Origin: an uncultured delta proteobacterium
GTDB lineage: Bacteria; Myxococcota_A; Polyangia; Polyangiales; Polyangiaceae
Direction of reading: 5' to 3'
NCBI GenBank assembly: GCA_963841435.1
Contig: CAWJCS010000004.1
Span: forward strand, 672,001 to 736,000
DNA length: 64,000 nucleotides
In this document: positions 1 through 14,096 of the stretch, piece by piece
How positions within the stretch are numbered: position 1 is the stretch's first letter
How the letters are laid out: each line of letters starts with the position of its first letter
Notes under the pieces: generated by a model
Told to the model about the DNA's origin: nothing
Database searches by the model: none
What the model saw: the letters and a program-made list of their open reading frames with translations, nothing else
Made by a program: the position numbers and the translations under genes

Positions 1-1
1 C

Positions 2-658
2 GAGGTCGAGGCCATGCCCGGCTCGCGCGAGGTGTTCCCCGCTCCGCCCTCGTCCGCGCGCGTGCTCGTCGGCCGCAGCGTCGGGGTTCTGCGCGAGTCG
101 TTCGTTCTCCTTCTCATCGTTTGCTGTGGCAGTCAGGTGCTGATCGAAAACCGCGCCGTGCCCAAGTGGCTCAAGCCGGAGCACCGTCCCGAATGGATGA
201 CGGCCATCGTCGTCTACCCGCGCATGTTCCAGGGGTGGAGCATGTTCGCGCCGTCGCCGCCGACCGACGACGGTCGCATGGTCATCGACGGCATCACGAA
301 GGACGGCCGCCACTTCGATCCGCTCACGGGAGAGGCACCGTCGTTCGAGGTGCAACCGAAGGGCGGCTTTCGCATGAACCAAATCTGGGGTGACTTCCAC
401 CGGCGGATCGGGGAAGAGCGTTTCGAGGGTTACCTCGACGGCGTGCGCGAGATGTTGAAAAACTTCCACAAGATCTCGGGCCACCCAGAGAACGAGCTCA
501 GGTCGTTCCAAGCCTGGTTCGTGAGCGAGCGCATCGTCCTGCCCGGTCAGCCACGCGCGGCAGTCCAGAAGCGACGCCTGTTCAGCTGGGGCGTGCCCGA
601 AACGCCGCAGCGTCGGCGACCCGCGGGGCACCCGAATCCGCACCGCCCGCAGCCCTGA
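2..658 (+). CDS. HTTM-domain-like membrane protein, C-terminal part (5' end outside window)
   Basis: Frame is open from the window edge; motif Q-G-W-S-M-F-A-P followed by V-I-D-G-x-T-x-D-G...D-P-L-T resembles C-termini of HTTM proteins. Confidence 0.6.
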   Translation, partial: EVEAMPGSREVFPAPPSSARVLVGRSVGVLRESFVLLLIVCCGSQVLIENRAVPKWLKPEHRPEWMTAIVVYPRMFQGWSMFAPSPPTDDGRMVIDGITKDGRHFDPLTGEAPSFEVQPKGGFRMNQIWGDFHRRIGEERFEGYLDGVREMLKNFHKISGHPENELRSFQAWFVSERIVLPGQPRAAVQKRRLFSWGVPETPQRRRPAGHPNPHRPQP

Positions 659-660
659 TC

Positions 661-1365
661 GTGACGCTTCACCACCTTGCTCATGCCGCCTTCCACACGC
701 TCCGGATCTGCGTCCCGACGGTGATACAGAGCGGGATTGGCACGCTCACGACACCGATCTGCGACGAGCGCCTCGACAGCTGGTCGCGGGCGCTCGTTCG
801 CTACGCCGAGATCGAGCTCGAGGTGCACGGGCTCGAGCACGCACCGTCCGACGAGGCCTTCGTCGTGATGTCGAACCATCGGTCGCACTACGACATCCCC
901 GTGCTCTTCCAGGCGCTCCGCCCGCGGCGATTGCGCATGGTGGCGAAGACCGAGCTTTTCCGCGTCCCCGTCTGGGCGGGCGCGATGCGCGCCGCCGGCT
1001 TCGTCGAAGTCGATCGCTCCAACCGGATCGCGGCGATGCGCAGCCTCGAGCGCGCCCGCGAAGCCATCCGCGGGGGAACGAGCATCTGGATTGCGCCCGA
1101 GGGCACACGCAGCGCGACCGGTGAGCTCGGCCCGTTCAAGAAGGGCGGCTTTCACCTTGCCACGGGCGCCGGTGCCCGCATTCTTCCCGTGAGCATCACC
1201 GGCACCTCGAACGTGCTGCCGGCGCGGGGTCGCCGGGTGAAGAACGGCGCGCACGTGACGGTCGTCGTGGGAGAGCCGGTGGATGCGCGTGTGTCGAACG
1301 CTCGGGCGAAGGAGCTCATCGCCACGGTGCGCGCGCGCATCGAGAGCGGCCTCGCCGCGGGGTGA
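661..1365 (+). CDS. plsC: 1-acyl-sn-glycerol-3-phosphate acyltransferase (PlsC family)
   Basis: NHRSHYD (NHxxxxD), VDR and PEGTRS acyltransferase motifs. Confidence 0.88.
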   Translation: MTLHHLAHAAFHTLRICVPTVIQSGIGTLTTPICDERLDSWSRALVRYAEIELEVHGLEHAPSDEAFVVMSNHRSHYDIPVLFQALRPRRLRMVAKTELFRVPVWAGAMRAAGFVEVDRSNRIAAMRSLERAREAIRGGTSIWIAPEGTRSATGELGPFKKGGFHLATGAGARILPVSITGTSNVLPARGRRVKNGAHVTVVVGEPVDARVSNARAKELIATVRARIESGLAAG

Positions 1366-1402
1366 CGGCGAGCTCGGCGTGCGAGCCGCTCATCCTTCGC
1401 GC

Positions 1403-1927
1403 TCAGCCCGGCGCGGGCAGGCGGCACCACACGCGAACCACCAGCGTTCCCTGCGTCGTCCACGGTGTCACGTCGACCCGCTCGACATCGTCCATCGACG
1501 CGGCCGGCAGCCGGGTCATCAGGCGCTCCTCGACGAAACGGCGCCGCAGCGCTTCGCTCGAAAGGCGCGCCGCCTCGACGCCGCGCACGACGAAGGTGAT
1601 CATCTCGAACACCTCGGCGCCCATCGGCCGCGCGGCGGCGCTGGGGGACGCCCGGGGCGCGGGGGCCGTCGGCTCCGCGGGTGGCGCGGCCTCGGCGATG
1701 ATGGCAGCCAGCGTGTCACGCTCGGCGAACGTTTCTCGCACCTGGATGTCGGGGCTCGAGTCTTCCCGCTCGAGCGCGGGGAGCGGCAACGGCACGAGCT
1801 CTTCCGTGATGGCGTCGAGCGTCTCACGGCCGGCCGGCGTGTAGGCGACGCGGATGTCGGGGTGCGAAGTCTCTCGCGGTGCCGTCGTGCGCTCCGGGGG
1901 TTTGGGCGCGAGGGGCTTGTCCGCCAC
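1403..1927 (-). CDS. hypothetical protein
   Basis: 174-aa ORF with protein-like composition filling the gap between plsC and pirin; no recognised motif. Confidence 0.55.
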   Translation of the reverse strand: MADKPLAPKPPERTTAPRETSHPDIRVAYTPAGRETLDAITEELVPLPLPALEREDSSPDIQVRETFAERDTLAAIIAEAAPPAEPTAPAPRASPSAAARPMGAEVFEMITFVVRGVEAARLSSEALRRRFVEERLMTRLPAASMDDVERVDVTPWTTQGTLVVRVWCRLPAPG

Positions 1928-1968
1928 GAAGAGCAGTATCGCATGGCGAGGCCTCGAGTTGGGGCCCC

Positions 1969-1996
1969 TTTACACGCCGAAAGCGCGTCTTACATT
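1969..1996 (+). promoter_or_regulatory. possible sigma-70-type promoter of pirin gene
   Basis: TTTACA (1969-1974), 16 bp, TACATT (1991-1996), about 50 bp upstream of ATG 2049, which has a GAGGAG RBS. Confidence 0.4.
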
Positions 1997-2048
1997 GTGG
2001 TTTTCGGCGGACCTCGCGCTTTCGCGATGCCGAAGAGGAGTAGTCATC

Positions 2049-2939
2049 ATGAGCCCGCGTACCGTGCGCGAGGTGGCGAAGGTCGTCACCGCGCATCGAC
2101 AGACCGAGGGTGCCGGCTTCGTCGTCCGGCGTCCGTTGCCCACGGGGGCGTTGCCGCTTTCGGACCCCTTCCTCTTGCTCGACGAGATGGGCCCCGCGCT
2201 CTACGCGCCGGGTGAAGCCGTCGGAGCACCCGACCATCCGCATCGCGGTTTCGAGACGGTGACCTACGTGCTCGAGGGGGAGTTCGAGCACGAAGACTCC
2301 GCCGGTCATCGCGGCGTGCTCGGCCCCGGTGACGTGCAGTGGATGACCGCTGGCGCCGGCATCGTGCATTCGGAGATGCCTTCACGCCGCGTGCGCGAGG
2401 AAGGCGGGCGCGTCCACGGCTTCCAGATTTGGGTGAACCTGCCGGCGCGGCTCAAGATGGCCCCGCCCCGTTACCAGGAGATCAAGGCGGCAACCATTCC
2501 CGAGGCCAAGACGCCCGACGGCAAGGCGCGCGTGCGCGTCGTCGCGGGAGAGGCGCTCGGCGCGCGTGCCGTCATCGACACGAGCACGCCGATCGTCTAC
2601 GAGGACTGGTCGCTCGACGCGAGCGCCGACGTGACGCTGCCGCTCGCGGCCGATCACCGCGCGATCGCCTACGTGTTCGAGGGCGAGGCGTTGCTCGGCG
2701 AGCGCGGCACGAAAGTTCGCGACGGTCAGCTTGCCGTGCTCGACGACGGCGATGCCGTGCGCCTGCGCGGTAGCGACCCGGGCGCGCGTCTTCTCTTGCT
2801 CGCGGGCGTGCCGATCGGCGAGCCGGTGGCCCGCTACGGACCGTTCGTGATGAACACGCAGGCGGAGCTCGTGCAGGCGTTCCGCGATTACGAGACCGGA
2901 AAGCTGGGGGAGATCACGCGCAGCGCTCGGCTCTCGTAG
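2049..2939 (+). CDS. pirin family protein
   Basis: DPFLLLD, PDHPHRGFETVTY, WMTAGAGIVHSE, GFQIWVNLP, GPFVMNT motifs; RBS GAGGAG before ATG 2049. Confidence 0.95.
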   Translation: MSPRTVREVAKVVTAHRQTEGAGFVVRRPLPTGALPLSDPFLLLDEMGPALYAPGEAVGAPDHPHRGFETVTYVLEGEFEHEDSAGHRGVLGPGDVQWMTAGAGIVHSEMPSRRVREEGGRVHGFQIWVNLPARLKMAPPRYQEIKAATIPEAKTPDGKARVRVVAGEALGARAVIDTSTPIVYEDWSLDASADVTLPLAADHRAIAYVFEGEALLGERGTKVRDGQLAVLDDGDAVRLRGSDPGARLLLLAGVPIGEPVARYGPFVMNTQAELVQAFRDYETGKLGEITRSARLS

Positions 2940-3050
2940 CGGAGCGGCCGCGGGGGGCACGCGCGGCTCCGCCGGAATTTTCCTGGATTCCCGGCGTGGT
3001 GCGCCTTTTGTGATGCACCCCGCGCGGACGCGCGCACTCTAGAAGCGAAG

Positions 3051-4871
3051 ATGTCGTCGTCCATGCTTCGTCGAGCGCTCGCGGCCCTGTTGCTCGTCGG
3101 CTGCGCGCCGGCGCTGGGGTCCGAGGACGACGGAGCCGGCGAGGGGCCGACTCATAGCGAGCCCCTGGCGCTATCGGCGCCCGATCCGGCGGTGCGCGGT
3201 GAGGTCGCCGAGCTCGTCGACGCACCCGCGCGTCCGACGCGCACCATCGCGGCGCTGATGTTCGACATCGGCCGCGGGCCCCCCGTCGTCGCGGATATCC
3301 AGCAGCTTCTGACGGGGGATGGATCGCTGCGCGAGATGTATCGAGAGATCTCCTACGGCATGCAAGATCTCGAAATCGATCTGCTCGGTCCTTACACGTT
3401 ACCGGAGCAGACGTGCCTGCCCATCGAGTGCTGTGGTCCTAAGACCAATCAACCGAACGGCCCCGCGGTGCAGGACATCATCGCGGCATTGCCGAAGACC
3501 TACGACCACTACTTCTGGGTGTACGGGCCGCTTCCGCAGGGCGCAAATTGCGGCACGTGGGGTGACGAGGGACGCCCGGGGCAGTACGCGAAGTATTCGA
3601 GCTACTCGTTTCACAGCATCGTCGGCTACACGCAGGAGCTCGGGCACAACTTCGGCATGACGCACGAGCCCATCATGACCTGCCCCAACCAGGCCATGTT
3701 TCTCGACGATCCCAGTCAGTGCACGCACAGCGAGTACGGCAGCCAGCTGAGCTTCATGGGCAGCGGCCCCATGGAAACCTCGGGGTATCACAAGGTTTCG
3801 CAGGGTTGGCTCAGCGCCTGCAACGGCGTGACGGTCGGCGGCTCAGGCACCTACACGCTCTTGCCCACGGAGATCCCGTGCGATGGCACGCAGATCCTCC
3901 AGGTTCAGGCGCCCAAGTCGCGCATGGCGCCCATGGCGGGTGATCGCCAGGGCCGCGCGCCGACCCTCACGCACTACTACCTCGAGCTTCGCTCGGGGCG
4001 TGGTTTCGACGCGCGCTACCCGACACCGCAAGTGTTCATCTCCGTCGGTCCCGACTTCAACACGACTCAGTCGGCTCCTTACGTGTATCAGCTGAACCGC
4101 ACGCCCGACACGAACGGCGGCAATCGGCCGAGCCTCTCGGACGGCGGCTACACGACAGGGCAGACCTTCGACGATCCGGCCGGCGGCCTCACGTTCACGT
4201 TCGACTCGGTGACGGCCGATCAGGCGATGGTCACGATCACGCGCACGGCCGCCGGCGGCGCCGACACGTGCCTCGACGGCAGCGCGTTCGCGGCGCCCGG
4301 GGCTGGCCCCGAGAGCTGCGGCTTGCCGGTGAGCGGAACCGGTGGCGCCGGTGGCATGGCGGGCGCCGGTGGCGCGAGCGCCGGTGCGTCGGGCGCGTCG
4401 GGCGCCGGGGCGGGCGGCGTGGCGGGCGCGGCGGGTCTCGGTGGCGGAGCGGGCGGTGCATCCGGGGCCGGGGGCGCGGGCGGGCTGGCGGGTGCCGGCG
4501 GCGCGCCTGCGGGCGCTGGTGGCGCCGGCGTGAGCGGTAGCGGCCCCGCAGCGGGTAGCAGCGGTGCGGGGGCACTGTCAGGCGCAGCGGGTACGCTGGG
4601 CGGTGGCGCCGGGGTGGCCGGCAGCGCGAGCGGCGCCTCGGGTGGCGTCTCACAGGCTGGCACCGGCGGTGCGGGGGCACCCGTCGGCGGGGCAGGGCCC
4701 AGCGCGGGCCCGGTCGCCACGGACACCCAGCTCGACGGCGGTTGTGGCTGCCGGGCCGCGGGCACGAGCCCGGGTCGCGGCGGGTGGCTGCTGCTCGCGG
4801 CGGTCGCGGCGGCCGGTACGACCCGGCGCCGGCGCGCTACACGCTCGCTGCTCGGCCGCGCCGTCGCCTGA
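3051..4871 (+). CDS. lipoprotein metallopeptidase (M11/gametolysin-like) with Gly-rich linker and MYXO-CTERM-like anchor
   Basis: Lipobox LVGC; QELGHNFGMTH zinc-type motif and downstream SFMG Met-turn; YYLELR motif; tail GGCGC...hydrophobic...RRRR. Confidence 0.7.
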   Translation: MSSSMLRRALAALLLVGCAPALGSEDDGAGEGPTHSEPLALSAPDPAVRGEVAELVDAPARPTRTIAALMFDIGRGPPVVADIQQLLTGDGSLREMYREISYGMQDLEIDLLGPYTLPEQTCLPIECCGPKTNQPNGPAVQDIIAALPKTYDHYFWVYGPLPQGANCGTWGDEGRPGQYAKYSSYSFHSIVGYTQELGHNFGMTHEPIMTCPNQAMFLDDPSQCTHSEYGSQLSFMGSGPMETSGYHKVSQGWLSACNGVTVGGSGTYTLLPTEIPCDGTQILQVQAPKSRMAPMAGDRQGRAPTLTHYYLELRSGRGFDARYPTPQVFISVGPDFNTTQSAPYVYQLNRTPDTNGGNRPSLSDGGYTTGQTFDDPAGGLTFTFDSVTADQAMVTITRTAAGGADTCLDGSAFAAPGAGPESCGLPVSGTGGAGGMAGAGGASAGASGASGAGAGGVAGAAGLGGGAGGASGAGGAGGLAGAGGAPAGAGGAGVSGSGPAAGSSGAGALSGAAGTLGGGAGVAGSASGASGGVSQAGTGGAGAPVGGAGPSAGPVATDTQLDGGCGCRAAGTSPGRGGWLLLAAVAAAGTTRRRRATRSLLGRAVA

Positions 4872-6277
4872 TACCGAGCGAAAGCGCCGCCGCGAGCGCC
4901 ATCACGAGCGCCCGCGTGCCCGCGCCCCGTGGCGCCTCGCTGCAAGCGCAGCTCGACGACGACGCCGGCGCAGCGCTCGCCGTCGGCGAGGCGCCGCCCG
5001 CGCCCGCCGCGGCTCCGCCGCTTCCCGCTGCTCCTCCCGTGGCGCTGCCCCCGGTGCCCGCGAGGTTGCAGTTGGCCCCGAACGCCGCGCACGTCGTCGA
5101 CCAATCGTCGAGGCACTGGGCGCCCGTCGTGCCCGGTCCGCACGCCTGCGGGCCCACGACGTCCGACAGCGCGAGGAGCGGCTCGAAGCTCTGAAGGCCC
5201 CCGCCGAGCTCAGCGTCGGCGCGAAATCCGAGCTGGAAACCGACCTCGAAATCGGTGGCACAGACATAGAGGCCCGTCGGCGTCCACGCGAGGCAGCTCA
5301 CGGCCTCGGACGTGAGGTGAGTGAAGGCGCCGACGCCCTGCGCGTCGAGCGGCGCGGAATAGATGCCGAGCGCGCTCGACTCGATGGCGACGATGTCACG
5401 CGGATCCCCATAGCCCGCGAGCACCCTGTCGGCCGACGGCGAAAGGGCAAAGCCGTAGAGCTTGGCGCTTCTCGCGCAGCACCTCTTGCCAGCTCTGGCC
5501 GGCGTCCATCGTGACGAGGAGCGCGTCGTTCCCGGTGCGGGACCCGAACTCGTCGTCCACGAAGCCGTCGGTGCGCACGAACACCGTGTCCGGATCGCTC
5601 GGGTGCACCACGGCGATGTAGGGTGGCGCATCGACACCCGCCCCGGGTACGGGTCGGACCTCGAAATGGGCGCCTCCGTCGTCCGAAACCAGCAGCACCC
5701 CTTGATTGTCGGCATCGACGCCGCTCACGTACGCGCGGCTCGGCAAGCTCGGCGCACGGTTGACCGTGACCGCGAAGTTTCCGACCGTGGGAAGCTCGGC
5801 GCCCAGCTCTTCGAACGTTCTGCCGGCGTCCGTCGAGCGCGCGAGCACGCTCACGCCGCCGCCGCCGTCGGCGCGGCGTGTCACGATCGCGAGCACGTCG
5901 TCGCGCGCGTCCGGGAGCACGGAAAAATCGACGACGCGGTTGAGCATGTCGCCCCCGAGCACGCGCGAGAAATCGCAGTAGGGCACGCTCGCACGCGACA
6001 TGGCGTCGCCGTACGATACGAGGAGCTCGCCGTCGCCCACGCGATCGAACACGCAGTCGAAGGTCGCGAGCATGGCGCCGGCGAACGAGCTCTCGCAGAG
6101 GAGCGAGAACGAGTGCCGGTCGTCGGTGACGAGCATGCCGTACGTGGCGCCGAGCACGAGGTGATTCGGATCGTCAGGGTCCTCGAGCAGGCGCTGCGCA
6201 CGGGGGAAGCGCCCGTTGGCGCCCGCGGGGACGGCGAGGAGCACGAAGGAAAGCGTGAGGAGCGATGGGAAGCGCAT
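4837..6277 (-). CDS. secreted BNR/Asp-box beta-propeller protein with MYXO-CTERM-like anchor, split by an apparent +1 frameshift near 5470
   Basis: Signal peptide then ANGRFP; Asp-boxes STDAGRTF, SDDGGAHF, TMDAGQSW in ORF 5396-6277; continues as SAKLYGFALSP...SCAC...TM...RRRR in ORF 4837-5715. Confidence 0.7.
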
Positions 6278-6348
6278 GACTGCCTTGGACGAGAGCGCCG
6301 AGACCTTGGCTCAGTCGCCTGGCGCCTCCCTGCCGGATCAAGACCGTG

Positions 6349-7308
6349 TCAAAACAAGGCTTGGCAGCTGCCGCTGCCGAGACCGAGCCGCAGGCAGCTT
6401 GCGTCCCGGGGCATTAGGCAAAGGGTGCACAGGGCGCAGTCCTTGGCCTGATCCACCGCGGCCAGATAGCTCGCGGTCGCGTCCGACTCGGGGTCGTTCA
6501 CGACCACTTTGCAGCCACACTCGTCGTTGACGACACCGGTGCATTGATCGGCGTCGGCCGAGGGACTGCAGGCCTGCGCTTCGTCGAGCGCTTGCGACAG
6601 CGCGATCAGACGCGAGGCACAGCTGCCGCCGGAACCCTTGCCGCCCTTGCCCCCACCCCCGCTCGCTCCGCCGCCGCCGCCAACACCCGCCGCACCGGCG
6701 CTGCTGCCGGCTGCGCCGCCCATCGCCGTACCGCCCATGCCGGCGCTCGAGCCCGCCATGCCGCCCGCGCCCGCGCCGGTATCGCCGCCGCTGCCGGAGT
6801 CGCCGCCAGATACGCCGCTGCCCGACGAGCCGCCGTTCGCCGTGGTGCCCCCGGCGCCTGCCGCTGCGTCCCCGCCGCTACCCGCCGCCACATCGCCGCC
6901 CGAGCCGCCGAGTGGGGCGCTGCCGCCCCCTCCGGCGTCCGCGGCGGCGCCGCTCATCCCGCCCACCGATGACTCGTCGCCGCTACCACCGCTGCTCGTC
7001 GCGTCTCCGGCCGTGCCGCCCGTGCCTCCCGTGCCGCCGGCCGTGCCGCCCGTGTCTCCGCCGGACGACCCACCCGTCGCCCCGGAGCCACCCGAGGTTC
7101 CGCCCTTGCCGGCGAGCGCGGCGCTGCCCCCGCTCGCGCTCACGCCTCCCGACCCCGCGCCGTTGGACACGGGACCGAAGAAGTCGCCGCCAGCGTCACT
7201 CCCGCAGCCCGCCCCGCCGCTCAACGCTGCCGCCGCGAGCGCGACTGCGGGGAGGCTCGCGAAGCTGGCCCTCAGCGAACGATTCGACCGGGACCCTCGC
7301 GCGAGCAT
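6349..7308 (-). CDS. Gly-rich lipoprotein with small Cys-rich C-terminal domain
   Basis: Hydrophobic leader ending GAGC; long G/A/S linker; C-terminal domain of about 70 aa with many Cys. Confidence 0.6.
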   Translation of the reverse strand: MLARGSRSNRSLRASFASLPAVALAAAALSGGAGCGSDAGGDFFGPVSNGAGSGGVSASGGSAALAGKGGTSGGSGATGGSSGGDTGGTAGGTGGTGGTAGDATSSGGSGDESSVGGMSGAAADAGGGGSAPLGGSGGDVAAGSGGDAAAGAGGTTANGGSSGSGVSGGDSGSGGDTGAGAGGMAGSSAGMGGTAMGGAAGSSAGAAGVGGGGGASGGGGKGGKGSGGSCASRLIALSQALDEAQACSPSADADQCTGVVNDECGCKVVVNDPESDATASYLAAVDQAKDCALCTLCLMPRDASCLRLGLGSGSCQALF

Positions 7309-7416
7309 CAATGCAAACTTTATCTGCTCCACGCCGAGCGGTCAAACGGTGCCCTTCTCACGGCGTCGGTTACGCGCGCCAGAGATAGCTCGACTCACCC
7401 GAGCGAGTGAAGGGGC

Positions 7417-8829
7417 TCAGAGCTCGGTGCTGCCCATCAGGAACCGATCGACGCCGCGCGCCGCTTTGCGACCATCGGCGATCGCCCAGACGACGAGCGA
7501 CTGACCCCGCTGGCAATCACCGGCCGCAAACACCCCGGGCACGCTGGACATGAAGCTCGCGTCGATGGCGACGTTGCCTCGCGCGTCGAGCCTCACGCCG
7601 AGCTGCTCGACGATGCCTTCGCGCTCCGGGTGTACGAAGCCCATGGCGAGCAGGACGAGGTCCGCGTCGAGCGCGAACTCGCTGCCGGCGACTCGCTCGA
7701 AGCGCCCGTTTTGCGCTGCGACGCGCACGCCGTGAAGCTTCTCGACACGGCCGTTGCCGTCGAAGCGCTCGGTGGAGACGCTGAAGTCACGTTCGCCGCC
7801 TTCCTCGTGCGAGCTCGAGGTGCGCAGCATGAGGGGCCACATGGGCCACGGCGTGCTCGGCGCGCGCTCGTCGGGCGGGCGCGGCATGATCTCGAAGCTC
7901 GTGACGCTCGTGGCGCCCTGCCGATGCGAGGTGCCGATGCAGTCACTGCCCGTGTCGCCACCTCCGATCACGATGACGCGCTTACCCGTCGCGAGGATGG
8001 CCTCCTCGTGAACCGGCAACCCGGCCACGCGTCGGTTCTGCTGCGTGAGAAAGTCCATGGCGAAGTGGATGCCCGAAAGCTCCCGCCCCGGGACGGGCAG
8101 ATCGCGTGGCTTGCGCGAGCCGATCGTGAGCACGACGGCGTCGTGTTTCGCGCGCAGATCGTCGCCCGTCAGACTGCGGCCGACGTCGACGCCCACCTCG
8201 AACAGCACGCCCTCCTCCGTCATTTGACGTACCCGCCGGTCGACGATGGTCTTCTCCATCTTGAAGTCCGGGATGCCGTAGGTAAGAAGGCCGCCAATGC
8301 GATCGTCCCGCTCGTAGAGGGTGACGGTATGGCCGGCGCGATTGAGCTGTTGCGCCGCGGCCATGCCCGCAGGCCCCGAGCCCACGACGGCGACGGTCTT
8401 TCCCGTGCGCCTCTTGGGAGGCACCGGCACGACGAGGCCCTCCGCGAAGGCGCGATCGGCAATCGAGCGCTCGATGAGCTTGATGCCAACGGGGTCGTCG
8501 TTGATGCCGAGCACGCAGGACGCCTCGCACGGCGCCGGACAGATGCGCCCCGTGACCTCGGGAAAATTGTTGGTGGCGTGGAGCGCGCGAATCGCCTCCG
8601 CCGGGCGACCCTTGTAAACGTGGTCGTTCCAGTCAGGGATCAGATTGCCGAGCGGACAGCCCGTGTTGCAAAACGGGATGCCGCAATCCATGCAGCGGGC
8701 GCCCTCCTTGACGATCTCGTCCTGGATGACGGGGAGCTCGAACTCCCGCCAGTCGCGCACGCGCTCGGCAATCGGACGTTTCGAGGGGTCGAGCCGCTCG
8801 AACTCGAGAAAACCTGTGACCTTTCCCAC
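7417..8829 (-). CDS. gltD: glutamate synthase small (beta) subunit
   Basis: MGKVTGF start, RCMDCGIPFC, GRICPAPCE Fe-S motifs, GSGPAG, GGGDTGSDC, GQSLVVWAI. Confidence 0.97.
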   Translation of the reverse strand: MGKVTGFLEFERLDPSKRPIAERVRDWREFELPVIQDEIVKEGARCMDCGIPFCNTGCPLGNLIPDWNDHVYKGRPAEAIRALHATNNFPEVTGRICPAPCEASCVLGINDDPVGIKLIERSIADRAFAEGLVVPVPPKRRTGKTVAVVGSGPAGMAAAQQLNRAGHTVTLYERDDRIGGLLTYGIPDFKMEKTIVDRRVRQMTEEGVLFEVGVDVGRSLTGDDLRAKHDAVVLTIGSRKPRDLPVPGRELSGIHFAMDFLTQQNRRVAGLPVHEEAILATGKRVIVIGGGDTGSDCIGTSHRQGATSVTSFEIMPRPPDERAPSTPWPMWPLMLRTSSSHEEGGERDFSVSTERFDGNGRVEKLHGVRVAAQNGRFERVAGSEFALDADLVLLAMGFVHPEREGIVEQLGVRLDARGNVAIDASFMSSVPGVFAAGDCQRGQSLVVWAIADGRKAARGVDRFLMGSTEL

Positions 8830-13383
<4,554 letters not shown>

Positions 13384-13430
13384 GTAGGAGGGGCACCGCC
13401 CAGTGGGGGCAGGGGGGCGAGTGAGACGCG

Positions 13431-13459
13431 ATTATAAGGTGGAATTCTCGGGAGGTCAG
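13431..13459 (-). promoter_or_regulatory. sigma-70-type promoter of gltBD
   Basis: Minus strand CTGACC (13459-13454), 17 bp, perfect TATAAT (13436-13431), about 48 bp upstream of gltB ATG. Confidence 0.6.
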
Positions 13460-13589
13460 GGGCGTCCTAGCGAGAATCCATTGTCAACGGAATGAGGTCT
13501 TGCGTTCCGCCGATGGTGGCGCCGCGATCGTTTCCGGAGAGTGACCGCGAGCAGGCAGGGCGCGTGGTCGCGACCGTTTCGTCGAACCC

Positions 13590-13985
13590 TCAGGCTGGCT
13601 CGCCAGCGGCGTCTTCGGGTGGTGACGGTTCGTCCGGCGCGTCCAGAGGACCGATGGTGCAGGTGCCGCTGAACTGGACGCCCTTTTCGATGTGGACCTC
13701 GGGCGCATGGAGCGTCCCGGTGGCACGCGCCGGCACGTAGAGCTCGATGGAGTGGGCAGCGCGCACCGTGCCTTCGATGCTTCCGCCCTTGACGATCACC
13801 ATCCCGACCTCCACGTCGCCCTCCACCGAGGCGCCGTCGCCGACGATGAGCGCGTCGTCGCCGCGGATCTCGCCCTTGAAGGTGCCGTCGATGCGGACGC
13901 GGCCTTGGAAGTGCAATTTGCCTTCGAAATGGGTGCCACGGCCGAGCAGGGCCGTGATCTCGGTGGCGGGAAGCCCGGATGCCAT
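13590..13985 (-). CDS. bactofilin (polymer-forming cytoskeletal protein, CcmA family)
   Basis: LLGRGTHFEGKLHFQGRVRIDGTFKGEI...GVQFSG beta-helix repeat pattern. Confidence 0.92.
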   Translation of the reverse strand: MASGLPATEITALLGRGTHFEGKLHFQGRVRIDGTFKGEIRGDDALIVGDGASVEGDVEVGMVIVKGGSIEGTVRAAHSIELYVPARATGTLHAPEVHIEKGVQFSGTCTIGPLDAPDEPSPPEDAAGEPA

Positions 13986-14096
13986 GCGTTCGGGGCCATC
14001 CTAGCACCCAAGGCACGGCTTAGGCGGTCCTGGAAGGCACGGTCTCGATCGCCCAACTCGAGACCAGGACCGGGTAAGCTACGCCGCGGGCTCATC

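Noticed and set aside
6349-7308. Other Gly-rich lipoproteins (also 19438 and 31378) as RiPP precursors
   Set aside because: Their Gly-rich parts are featureless linkers leading to folded domains, with no modifying enzymes adjacent.
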